Program-made: the position numbers and the translations under genes | Assembly: GCA_043228905.1 (NCBI GenBank) | Contig: JBHGNT010000012.1 | Location: 12,710,001 to 12,774,000, forward strand | Direction: 5' to 3' | Source of the DNA: Azolla caroliniana | Lineage: Eukaryota > Plantae > Polypodiophyta | DNA: 64,000 bases | Shown: one piece after another, positions 12,663 through 23,412 of the stretch | How the letters are laid out: every line of letters begins with the position of its first letter | Position numbering within the stretch: the first letter of the stretch is position 1 | Notes under the pieces: model-generated | The model's database searches: none | What the model was told of the DNA's origin: nothing | What the model saw: the letters and a program-made list of their open reading frames with translations, nothing else

Positions 12663-15600
12663 CTATCCCCCCTTTAAAACGACGAGTGTCACGAGTCGTC
12701 TTGGATTGAGGACCCGATTTGTGTGGATATTGACGATGGAAGTCTTCAAGAAGAGCACGAGCATTGGTTACATTCTCGATCGGTTCCCAAGTACGTTCGC
12801 TGGGACTATAGCCTAGCCAATCGACTAGATAGTAGAGCTTGTTGCGAACAATCTTGGAATCAAGAATGGCGGCAACCTCGTACTCCGGCCCATCTTCAAG
12901 CTCGATCGGGGGTGGAGGTTGGATAAGACGTTCTGGGATGGTGCTCTCGTGGTAGGGTTCGAAGAGAGAACTATGAAACACCGGATGTATCTGAAGTTGA
13001 GGAGGTAGATCGAGACGAAAAGCAACATCATTAATCTTTCCAATAATACGGAAAGGACCTAATCGCCGATAATCCAACTTCTCACATGGGCGAGTAGTCT
13101 TGATGTGTCGTCGTAGCAACCACACCCGATCTCCAATATTAAAACTAGATGGAAGTCGATGACGATCCGCGTAGACCTTGTGTGTTTGTTGAGCTTGCTG
13201 GAGATGAGTAGATAAATCCGCTTGTATCTTGCGTAACCGCTCCAAACGATCCTCCGCGCACGGATTTGTGGACACCTCTGGGGTTTCAAGTACACTCCAC
13301 CGGGGGTGACATCCCGTATAAGCATAAAATGGCGTAACTTTAGTGGATGCGTGGATAGAGTTGTTATAGGCAAATTCGGCGAAGTGGAGAATATCGGCCC
13401 AGTCGTCCTGATGATAGCTGAGAAAGCACCGCAGATACTGCTCCAACGTTTGATTTGTTCGTTCAGCTTGGCCGTCAGTTTGTGGGTGGTAGCCGGAAGA
13501 GAGGTTACAAGTGACCTTGAGCATGTTAAAAAGGTGCTTCCAGAATTTTGACACGAACTGGGGTCCACGGTCGCTAATGATACTATCGGGGAGTCCATGA
13601 TGCCGACATACTTCACGCATGACAATTTCGTAAGTGTCTTCACTGGAGATCTCCTTAGTACATGGCAAGAAATGAGCCATCTTCGTATATCGATCGACCA
13701 CCGTTAGAATCGCATTGAACCCCTTAGAGACTGGAAGATCTGTGATGAAGTCTAGAGCAATGGATTGCCACGGCTTGCTTGGAATTGATAATGGTTCTAA
13801 TAAACCATATGGATGATGCCTTGGCATTTTCGCTCTACAACATGTATCACAAGTCCGAACAAAATCCTCAACAAATTGTCGCATACAGGGCCACCAGAAT
13901 GATCGTTGTACTAAATGTAATGTTTTAGTACTACCAAAATGCCCAGCTGTATATGTGTCATGACAGTTTTGTACTACTCGAAGGCGGCAAGAACCATTAG
14001 GAACATACAAAAGTTCTTTAAAGAAGAGTAATCCATCATGGTATTTGAATTGCCGATAGTCCGTACCTGGTGGTTGCGACTGTGAACACGACGCTCGAGA
14101 GGGATCAATTTGTGCTAGTATAGCTTGGGCGAACGCATCTGTCTTCAAGTCTTCACGTATGGTATCGATAACGCGGGAATCCATAGGCATGTCAAAGACT
14201 TGTGTTGCTTGTAATCGTGCCGGTCCCAAGATGACTTGTTTTTGGTTATCGAAAGTTGGCTCGCCGGGACGGGGTGCTAGATACGAACGCCGTGATAATG
14301 CATCTGCCTTCCCTTGGTGCCTCCCCGGACGATATGTAATTTTGAAGTCGAAACGCGTGAGGAAGTGGGCCCACCGAGCTTGACGTCGATTCAACACATG
14401 AGCATCCTGAAAGTAGGCAAGATTCTTGTGGTCACTAAATACGGTGACTGGATGAGAGGATCCCTCCAGAAAATGCCTCCATTGCATAAAAGATTCCACT
14501 ATTGCCAGTAGCTCCTTATCATGGATTTCGTAGTTGATTTCGGCGGCATCAAACTTGCGTGAGTGAAAAGCCACAGGATGTAGCTTTTCATCATTCCCCT
14601 GTTGTGACAGAATGCTCCCCAATGCAAAATCCGATGCGTTAGCTTCGATAATGAATGGTTTCTCCGGATCGACATGAGCTAGAATTGGAGCCGATGTAAA
14701 TGCTTTTTTAAGACTCTCGAAAGCCATGTCCGTTTCTTCAGACCAGATGAACGGTTGTCCCTTCCTGGTAAGTTGTGTGAGAGGTAGAATGATCTTTGAG
14801 TAATCCTGTATGAACTTCCGGTAAAAATTGGCAAAGCCTAAGAAGCATTGCACATCCCGTACCGAACGCGGAGTCTGCCATTCTACCACCGTTCTGACCT
14901 TAGCTGGGTCCATGGAGATGCCTTCTGACGAAATGATGTAGCCGAGAAATTCCACTTGGTTGCACCCGAAACTACATTTTTCTAGCTTTGCATACAGACC
15001 ATGTTCTCGAAGTCGTTTTAGTACTAATAGTACATGAGAATCATGTTCTTCTTGGGTCTTTGAATAAACCAGTAGATCATCCAAATAGATGATCAAACAA
15101 TCATCCAATAGATCTCGGAATATATCATTAGCCATGTGCTGGAAGACTGCCGGCGCATTAGTGAGGCCGAACGGCATGACAGTATACTCGAAGTGCCCAT
15201 ATCTGGTGCGAAACGCGGTCTTCCATTCGTCTCCTGGTCGGATCCGTACGAGGTTATATGCTCCCCGTAAGTCGATCTTCGTGAAGAACCTGGCACCATT
15301 GATCCGTTCTAAAAGACTTGAGATAAGGGGAAGAGCATACCTATTCCTGATTGTAACCTTATTCAAGCCACGGTAATCTACAACGAGACGAAGCGATCCA
15401 TCTTTTTTCTTGACGAAGAAAATGGGCGCACCGGCTGGAGATTTCGAATGCCGAATGAAACCATTTTCCAAATTCTCCTCTATATAGGCCCGAAGGACTT
15501 CCAGCTCGGTTGGTGACAAATTGTAGATCGGTCCCCATGGCGGCTCTTTTCCCGGTTGTAAATCGATGGGGCAATTGTACGGTCGATGATGAGGAAGTGT

Positions 15601-16251
15601 GTTGGCTTGTACTTTATCGAACACATCGGTGTAATGGCGATACTTCTCGGGAAGTTGAACGGTGGATTCTTCTTTAGTGGTGTTGGAGGGGTTTACTGAT
15701 ATTGCAAAGAGGAACATTTCCTCCTTGTGCCCTTCTTTACGCAACTGACGTAGCGAAATGGTTGCCATCTTCTGAGTTGACCCTTGGGTTTGTCGATACC
15801 GGATTTCTCTTGTTCTCCAATCTATGTCAGGGTTATGTAACTCGAACCACGGTAGTCCTAAAACTATAGGATGTTCTGGGATACTAATAATATTAAATGA
15901 TACTACACATACTAAGTTATCTAGGACAATATTAATGGGCTCTGACTCTTCTAGGATATTTCCGGAAGCAATGGGACGTCCATCAATGACTACTACAGAG
16001 GCTGGACACTGGAGTTTTCTTAGGGATATCTTATGAGGTTGAGCAAATTTCTTATCCATAAAGCAAGAGTTAGCTCCGGAATCTAGGAGTGCTAGGACAT
16101 GTACTGGAGGGGTACTTTTAGTACTAACTATTACTTGGGCTACGAACACATCACTAACTTGCTTAGAGGGAATGGAACCACTAATGGGCTGCACAGATCT
16201 AGGGCTGTCCAACCAAACAGCTCCTATTTTGGCTGGACTTAGTCGTTTAAC
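12655..16251 (-). CDS. pol: Pol of element A: PR-RT-RNase H-integrase-chromodomain, reached by a -1 frameshift
   Basis: LLDSGA; YLDD; [20 protein letters not shown]; IN H-H-C-C, D-D-E and GPF; chromodomain YEVAAILDS..YLVDWLGY..TWEP; uninterrupted 1185-aa ORF. Confidence 0.95.
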   Translation of the reverse strand, partial: VKRLSPAKIGAVWLDSPRSVQPISGSIPSKQVSDVFVAQVIVSTKSTPPVHVLALLDSGANSCFMDKKFAQPHKISLRKLQCPASVVVIDGRPIASGNILEESEPINIVLDNLVCVVSFNIISIPEHPIVLGLPWFELHNPDIDWRTREIRYRQTQGSTQKMATISLRQLRKEGHKEEMFLFAISVNPSNTTKEESTVQLPEKYRHYTDVFDKVQANTLPHHRPYNCPIDLQPGKEPPWGPIYNLSPTELEVLRAYIEENLENGFIRHSKSPAGAPIFFVKKKDGSLRLVVDYRGLNKVTIRNRYALPLISSLLERINGARFFTKIDLRGAYNLVRIRPGDEWKTAFRTRYGHFEYTVMPFGLTNAPAVFQHMANDIFRDLLDDCLIIYLDDLLVYSKTQEEHDSHVLLVLKRLREHGLYAKLEKCSFGCNQVEFLGYIISSEGISMDPAKVRTVVEWQTPRSVRDVQCFLGFANFYRKFIQDYSKIILPLTQLTRKGQPFIWSEETDMAFESLKKAFTSAPILAHVDPEKPFIIEANASDFALGSILSQQGNDEKLHPVAFHSRKFDAAEINYEIHDKELLAIVESFMQWRHFLEGSSHPVTVFSDHKNLAYFQDAHVLNRRQARWAHFLTRFDFKITYRPGRHQGKADALSRRSYLAPRPGEPTFDNQKQVILGPARLQATQVFDMPMDSRVIDTIREDLKTDAFAQAILAQIDPSRASCSQSQPPGTDYRQFKYHDGLLFFKELLYVPNGSCRLRVVQNCHDTYTAGHFGSTKTLHLVQRSFWWPCMRQFVEDFVRTCDTCCRAKMPRHHPYGLLEPLSIPSKPWQSIALDFITDLPVSKGFNAILTVVDRYTKMAHFLPCTKEISSEDTYEIVMREVCRHHGLPDSIISDRGPQFVSKFWKHLFNMLKVTCNLSSGYHPQTDGQAERTNQTLEQYLRCFLSYHQDDWADILHFAEFAYNNSIHASTKVTPFYAYTGCHPRWSVLETPEVSTNPCAEDRLERLRKIQADLSTHLQQAQQTHKVYADRHRLPSSFNIGDRVWLLRRHIKTTRPCEKLDYRRLGPFRIIGKINDVAFRLDLPPQLQIHPVFHSSLFEPYHESTIPERLIQPPPPIELEDGPEYEVAAILDSKIVRNKLYYLVDWLGYSPSERTWEPIENVTNARALLEDFHRQYPHKSGPQSKTTRDTRRFKGGIVS

Positions 16252-19200
16252 TCTTCTTCTAACTGACTAAGGACATCAAATTTGTTTGCTAGATCTGGGA
16301 TATTAGTACTATTAGGACTATCAGATATCCCTACTGAAATAGGTTCGGATTTAGTACAATTAGAACTAGCGACTATTTGGTTTACCTGTCTTCTTGGCCT
16401 ATGGGGGCAATTTATTGCGATATGTCCTGGTCCACCGCAGTAAAGACATAGTCGATTTGTACGGCGTCGCTGCTTTTCTTCTTCGGATAATGGCCCTCGA
16501 CGACGTGTAGTGTCAATCTCCATCGGAGTCGGAGTATTCGCTGGAGACGCATTATATGACTCCCTCGGAAAAGGTCTTGCTACCACTGAGGCGTAGGTGG
16601 GCTCTGATCTTGCCCTCGGCATCTGTAGCTGTCGTTCCGAACGTCGCTCAAAGAGGCGGTTGTCACATCTCACCGCGCGACTGATTGCTTCTGTTAAGGA
16701 CTTTGGCTCTTCGGGGAAGGTCAAGAGTAAATCCTTGACGTCGTTGCGTAAACCATAACGGAATTGCTCCATCAACGCTTGATCATCCCAAGGGATATCG
16801 GCGGCGAGTAGGCGAAAATCTGCAGCGTATGCGGAGGTTGGACGGTCACCTTGGCGTAATCGCCGGATTTTGTTGATTGCGGTCCTGATGCTGTCAGTAT
16901 CTCCGAAACATGCTTTAAACTCACCTAGAAACTCTTCAAAATTGTTGAGTAACGGAGATTCCTTTTCTAATAGTGGAGCGAACCATGACAACGCTGAGCC
17001 ACTTAACAAAGTGCCTACTAAACCCACTCGTGATGCATCGGTGGGATATCGGGAAGGATGCATTTGAATAACTAATCGTACCTGGTTAAGGAACCCTCTA
17101 AACTGCGATCGCGTTCCATCGAACTTCGTGGGAAGGCCAATCTTAGGTTCTTTATGAATCCCTTGTGTTCCGGGCCCATGTTGTTGCATCGCTACGATGG
17201 TGGCTTCGAGTTGTTGCACGCGTTGTCGTAGTGTATTTTGTACACTACGTGAAAAACGTATATAGTATTAGATTCAATAAAAAATGAAGAAATAAAAGAA
17301 AATAGCAAAATAAATGGAACATGCATAGGGCAAGATTCGAACCTTGCACCTCCATGTTAATAATGTAATGTCTTACCATTACACTAGCATTTCATTAGTG
17401 TTAAAGCATAGATGTCCCACATAGAAAGGTAAATTCACGCTAGGATAAACATTAGAAAAACGCATAACAAAAGAAAAAGCTACACATACACATCTAGCGT
17501 GCATGATAAAAAACGCACAAGTTAGAAAAAAGCATGATCACTTTAGATAAAGCATATAGTCTATCTATAGGAAAAGCATGGGGTCTATAGTTAGAGAAAA
17601 AGCATGGATTACTAAGACTTCCTCATCACTACATAAGGATGGGGAGCACAATGTAATTGTGTGTGAAAAATATTTGGAAACTAGATATGTTTCTAAAAAA
17701 CACCAATTAATAAACTATACTCGTGGGATTCACGAGAATTCTATATCATTCTCTTTCAACCGAAGTTTATATTCTTATATTCATATTGATTAATCTAATA
17801 CAATACACTCGTGGGATTCACGAGTTTTCTATAACTCTTTCTTACAACATATTTATATTCTTATTAGCCTTAAAACTCTCCTCTTCCTAGTCCAAAACCC
17901 CAGTGGTTCCCACCCGACTCACGCAAACGATCCGGAGCCGAAAGGCACGACATAGTTGGTGAACCCGACGTGAAGACGGGTGGCAAGGAGATGGAGAATC
18001 AACAAGAGGCGATGAACATGATGATGATAATGTTTGAGCGGATGCAACAAGAACAACGTGCAATGTCGGAGATGAAGGCGGCAGTAGAGCGGCTTCTGCG
18101 ACGAAACGGGGAATTCAACGGTAAGGGTGTGTCACGCTACCTACGTGAATATAAGGCGGAGATGATGCAATATCGGATACCGGAAGGATTGCAAGTGATA
18201 TCCTTTAGTCGGGTGGCCTCGGACGAACTACAAGAGAGAATCCACAAGATACAACAACAAAACTCGACATGGGAGTCCTTTGAAGAAGCTTTACGAGAGG
18301 CATATGACTACGAGAGATCGAAGGGACGAGATCGACGAGAATTCGACGAATGGGTGGCGTCGGAGAAGACTCACCGAAGTGCAACGCAAGCGTTCCTAGA
18401 GTTCGAGCATCGTTTTGCTCGACTCTCGGAGCGGGAACGAAGATTGGTGGGAGGAGATAAAGTCTTAATGTTCGTAAGATCGATCGATCGGAAAGAAAGG
18501 ATGGACATTGGGATCGAACTCGAAGATGATGACGGTGCGAACGGCCTTACCGAGGATTGGGCCAAAGTCGAAAGGGTATGCCGAAGACATGATGAAAGGA
18601 AGCTGAGAATCTCGTCAACAACGACATGGCCCATGAAGGATGGTCGATTGAGGAAAAATGATGAAGCCAATATGAAGGCCGAAATACAACATGATGGTAC
18701 CACGGGAGAAAGAGTGGAACAAGACACCCACTCGTCTTGTGAAAGAACGATGGCGAAGGATAAGGCCGATAATTCAAGTGTAGAAGGAAATTTCGGGATA
18801 CAAGTGCCCGAGACATCAGGTCAAAAAGGGGTAAGCATAATAGATGTTTGCATAATTGATGCAGATAAAGAGTGTGAAGCGGATGTGATTAAGGAGGTAG
18901 CCACAAAAGACGAAATCGAATCGGAGGTGGCTATGGACGAATCAATGGCGGATTGCTATATCGAGACTTCCCCACCACTGATTCCAGAGACTCCGGCGGT
19001 TGCGATCTAAAGGCAACGTGAGACCGAAGAGACGGAAGGTGGCGGAGAGAAAACGAATGTCGAAGCCGACGAATACGATGAAGAGATAGCCGAGAAGAAT
19101 GCTAAGGGTGAAACTACGAAAGAAGGTAATACCGAGGATTCATGCCAACAATATCTAGAGACTTCGGCGGTTGTGTCCGAGAACCAACGTGAGACCGGAG

Positions 19201-20913
19201 AGACGGGAGATGGCGGCGAGGAAGGTAAAGTCGGAAGTCGGTTCGGATGGAAAATGATTCATCCGAAATTCCAATCTAAAAGAAAGTGCGACAATGCGGA
19301 GGTCGGGTCTACGACGGGAGAAGCGCGTAATACAGAGCACGCTCTACGGCGAATAAAGAAACGCGTGTTATGGCGAATAAAGAAGCACGCGCTACGGCGA
19401 GAAAAGAAGCATGCATTACAACCACACGAGGACCGAACAACGAGCACATATCGGAGGACCTACGTAGCGAACAACGGAAAGAAGTGCCGAAAGTCGAACC
19501 GGACAAGGCAGGTGAAAACGAAGAAAAGAAAGCAAATCCGGACGAAAAGAAAAGAAAAGAAACCGACCCGAAAGAGCACTGAATCGGTAAAAACCGATCA
19601 ACCGAGTCCGGATCGACCGAATACAAATCGGAAAGGAAGCCGAACTAAACGAAAGACGATCCGACGAGACCGAATCGGAAGTAAGCTAATCCGACTAAAC
19701 CGAAAATCCGAAAAGAAGTCGAGATTGATGAGGAAAAGAAAGAGGGCAAGAAAAGATACTACCGCGGATGACAAGGACCAAGCGGGCCATGCAAAAAGCG
19801 AACGAAGACTATGGTGGATCGGATGTCGACAATGGTTTGGGTGGAAAGAATGGATGTGCTCCAAATGGAGAGACAAAGTCAACATAACAAGAGAAGTCGA
19901 GGGTACTACGAGCCGGCAACGAAACCAATCGGGTAGAGACCGGACGGAGGAGACTAACAAACACCAACAACTTCGGCACATACCGGAGGATGTGCGGGTT
20001 TGGAGGGGGCGAGTGTCGTAGTGTATTTTGTACACTACGTGAAAAACGTATATAGTATTAGATTCAATAAAAAATGAAGAAATAGAAGAAAATAGCAAAA
20101 TAAATGGAACATGCATAGGGCAAGATTCGAACCTTGCACCTCCATGTTAATAATGTAATGTCTTACCATTACACTAGCATTTCATTAGTGTTAAAGCATA
20201 GATGTCCCACATAGAAAGGTAAATTCACGCTAGGATAAACATTAGAAAAACGCATAACAAAAGAAAAAGCTACACATACACATCTAGCGTGCATGATAAA
20301 AAACGCACAAGTTAGAAAAAAGCATGATCACTTTAGATAAAGCATATAGTCTATCTATAGGAAAAGCATGGGGTCTATAGTTAGAGAAAAAGCATGGATT
20401 ACTAAGACTTCCTCATCACTACATAAGGATGGGGAGCACAATGTAATTGTGTGTGAAAAATATTTGGAAACTAGATATGTTTCTAAAAAACACCAATTAA
20501 TAAACTATACTCGTGGGATTCACGAGAATTCTATATCATTCTCTTTCAACCGAAGTTTATATTCTTATATTCATATTGATTAATCTAATACAATACACTC
20601 GTGGGATTCACGAGTTTGCTATAACTCTTTCTTACAACATATTTATATTCTTATTAGCCTTAAAACTCTCCTCTTCCTAATCCAAAACCCCAGTGGTTCC
20701 CACCCGACTCACGCAAACGATCCGGAGCCGAAAGGCACGACAGCGTAACGCAAGTTCCCCATGTTGTTGTTGCGTTTGCTGCTTTTCTAAGGAGATTTGC
20801 TGAAGATCCCCCAGCAACCGTTGGTTTTCTTGTTCCAAAGCATGGAACTTCTCCTTCAAGCATTGGAATTCCGAGAAAACAGATTGATATTCTTCAGCGC
20901 TAACAGTGGCCAT
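16239..20913 (-). CDS. gag: Gag of element A, split by element B (segments 20913-20743 and 17219-16239)
   Basis: Removing B and one TSD copy restores the frame ..HGELALRVQQLEA..; capsid motifs; zinc knuckle CLYCGGPGHIAINC. Confidence 0.92.
17957..17974 (+). promoter_or_regulatory. Primer binding site complementary to the plant tRNA-Trp 3' end
   Basis: TGGTGAACCCGACGTGAA is the reverse complement of TTCACGTCGGGTTCA+CCA; near-identical sites at 40834-40817 and from 45936. Confidence 0.85.
17991..20021 (+). CDS. Gag-derived ORF of B with an acidic middle and a very basic tail; one in-frame stop at 19008-19010
   Basis: ORFs 17970-19010 and 19173-20021 are in the same frame with an open linker between them; the N-terminus is homologous to C/E gag (RRNGEFNGKGVSRYLREYKAEM). 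Confidence 0.7.
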
Positions 20914-20986
20914 GGGATGAAAGAAAAGAGGAATAAAAGATTAGTAGGAAATGAGAGAGACAGAAGGTAGGCAAATTGGTTCAAAC

Positions 20987-21090
20987 TGTCATGAACAGTA
21001 CTGAGACAGAGAAGGAATTAGTACTAAACGAAGGATTAGTACTATGAGAGGTGTGGAACTTCTTCGAGAGAAGGAAGAAGTGAGCGAGAC

Positions 21091-21130
<40 letters not shown>

Positions 21131-21420
21131 AGAAAGATATTTATTATATGAAGAGAATATACAACGGTGGCTAAAAGGCTTAAGACTGGCGTTGAACCAA
21201 TTTGGTTCAACATAATGCCTAGTGCCCTCTTTTATAGTGTTTTCAGGAGTAATCCTGAAGCTTCTAGAATGTTCCAGAGAAATCTGGAATATACACTAAT
21301 TTCCTATAATAAAATGTAAATGAAAATAATATCCTACGTATTACAATAGATGGTCTAATGGTCAAGAGCTCGACCCATATAACCTAAGGTCATGGGTTCG
21401 AGTCTTCCCATATCATGACA
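20987..21420 (-). repeat. 5' LTR of element A
   Basis: Matches 12215-12662; TATAAAA on the minus strand at 21236-21230. Confidence 0.95.
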
Positions 21421-22353
21421 CCTTTACGTGTCCATGATCCTCCTCCTTGGACCTACCATATCATTATCCCTATACTCATCTCCATTACACAAGGAGTAGG
21501 ATTATGTGCTTGGGTGTTTCAAATCTACTAACCTATGGATGCTTCGTCCATATTGCAACGTCGACAGTATGTAACCCGATGATAGCCCCCTACACATGTG
21601 ATGCCATTGAGGTTGTAGAGTGTGTATGGGCCTCATAAAACGAGGATAAGGTGGTAAGAGAAGGTTTTTAGGGTGTTGGTTCTCTCCACGAATATGTTTT
21701 TGGCGGTTGTGGTCACCGCGGAGTTTAGAATGCACTGCGACTAACATACGGACAACGGCATGTGTTTTGATTGTGATTACCAGATCCGTCGTCGTTGTGG
21801 ACGCTGCAACATCTGACGCAAATGAAGGTGGCACCATTCAAAGGCAACATTTCGAGGTGAAACATGCGTGGGTAGGTGCACACGATGATGAAATGGTAGA
21901 TAGACATGAGAATGTCATGTGGAATCATGTTTATAGTAGGAGTTACGATCAGCCACTATTATTGCGCACATCATGGTACGGTAGGACACGACATTGTATG
22001 AGGGTGGCTTCAATACAACATTGTGATGGCATCGACGTTTGACGAGTTTCGCGCTGCTTGTGAGAGAGATAACGATAGGTGGATAGAGATAGATATAGGT
22101 AGGGCAGAAATGAGGTAGTGTGCATGTGGGCACGCAACCTAATCTTGTGTGCGTAAGAAACCATGCGTGTGGAGTTTCATTTTGTTTGGGCACTGAGCGA
22201 CCAAGGGCACGTGACCTAATCGTGTGTGTGTGTGTGTGTGTGTGTGTGTTGTGCGCGCTCGTGGGAGAAATATGATTGAGAGGGTTATGAGAACGTCAAC
22301 ACACCACAAAGCACACCATTTACGATGTTCAAAAACTGTATAGTTGAAAATGT

Positions 22354-23412
22354 TCAAAAACTACAAGCGCGTGGGCGAAGCTGACATTGTTGGAGGCGGC
22401 GAGATGTTGCCACGCTTAGAAGTTATTCCTCTTCACCGACCTTGAAACGACAACATTGTTCCTCATCTTGACATCCGGTCAAGCGATAACTGCACTTGTA
22501 CTCCTCGTGCTGGCTACTATCTCTCTCTCGCTCGCCGTCCTCTTCCCTTTGACCACGTTCCCTGGACACTTGGCTATGGCGGTGACCTTCATTGCGTGCC
22601 TCTTCTCTGCTATTGTATAAGGCCTCACAAAGGTGGTTGCAATGCTCTTCTACGGGGTTTTGTTCCCTATTCCTGCAGCATCTTTTGGAGTGCATTGGGT
22701 ATTGGATGATTTCATCCCAATAGGTGTGACGTCTTCGTCCACGTTCTTCCTTATCATTATGTTCTTGTAGGTGATGAACCTGCCTATCGATGAAGTTTTG
22801 CCACTCTTGCCTCAACTCTTGGTCTCGTGGCTCATGTCGATCGCGACTACAACGATCCCGATCCTCTTTGGACTCTCTCTTATTGTCTCGACGAGGTCCT
22901 TCATCAAGGGATCCTTTACGACATCGGTCACGCCTCTCTTCCTCGACATTCTCCTCCCTACGTCGATTGCGCCTCTCATCACGTGACTCAGAACGATCAG
23001 GACCGCAACAATCCCGTTCCATTTCGGCCTCTCTCTTGTTGTCTCCATAGCGCCCCTCCTCGGTGGACCCCTCGTGACGTCCCCCTCGTCTCTCCTCATC
23101 GAAATCCTCTTCCTTGCGTCCATCACGTGGCCCATCGCGATGGCGACTGCGACGATCCCGGTCCTCATCCAACTCTCTCTTGTTGTCTCTATAGCGCCTC
23201 TCATCGATGGATCCCTCACGGCGCCCGTTGCCCCTTTCCTCGTTGACATCCTCCTCCCTACATTGATCGCGTCTCTCCTTGTCAATATCTCCTGCTCTTC
23301 GTCGATCGCGCCCCTCCTCTTCCCGATCCCGTGCTATAGAACTAGCATTGGCCGCGCTCTAAGCGGTTAGCATGATAACCGCCATGAGGAATATGATAAT
23401 GAGCTTCACCAT
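22354..23412 (-). pseudogene. 2S-albumin-like storage protein copy S2 (single frame, two nonsense codons)
   Basis: MVKLIIIFLMAVIMLTA*SAANA signal; R/E/D repeats; ..KRCCRNREQNPVEEHC..EEE*LLSVATSRRLQQCQLRPRAC. Confidence 0.7.

Larger units (their letters stand above)
17224..20742 (+). mobile_element. Non-autonomous gag-only LTR element B (TR-GAG type), relative of C/E
   Basis: 729-bp LTRs at 17224-17952 and 20014-20742 (3 mismatches seen); 4-bp TSD GCGT; PBS tRNA-Trp; PPT GGAGGGGGCGAG 20002-20013; no pol. Confidence 0.95.
12215..21420 (-). mobile_element. Full-length young Ty3/gypsy chromovirus A (Tcn1-like), inserted in the S1 promoter
   Basis: TG..CA LTRs at 12215-12662 and 20987-21420 (3 substitutions seen plus an (AG)n length difference); 5-bp TSD CCTTT at 12210-12214 and 21421-21425; PPT at 12663-12675; gag, then pol with chromodomain. 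Confidence 0.97.

Noticed and set aside
22423-22425. Stops rescued by U-to-C RNA editing
   Set aside because: That editing is organellar. This is nuclear DNA, the copies also have frameshifts, and C>T decay explains the stops.
22771-23370. Plus-strand ORFs over the array units and other antisense ORFs over pol regions
   Set aside because: Shadow frames of the minus-strand coding sequence, with no independent signals.
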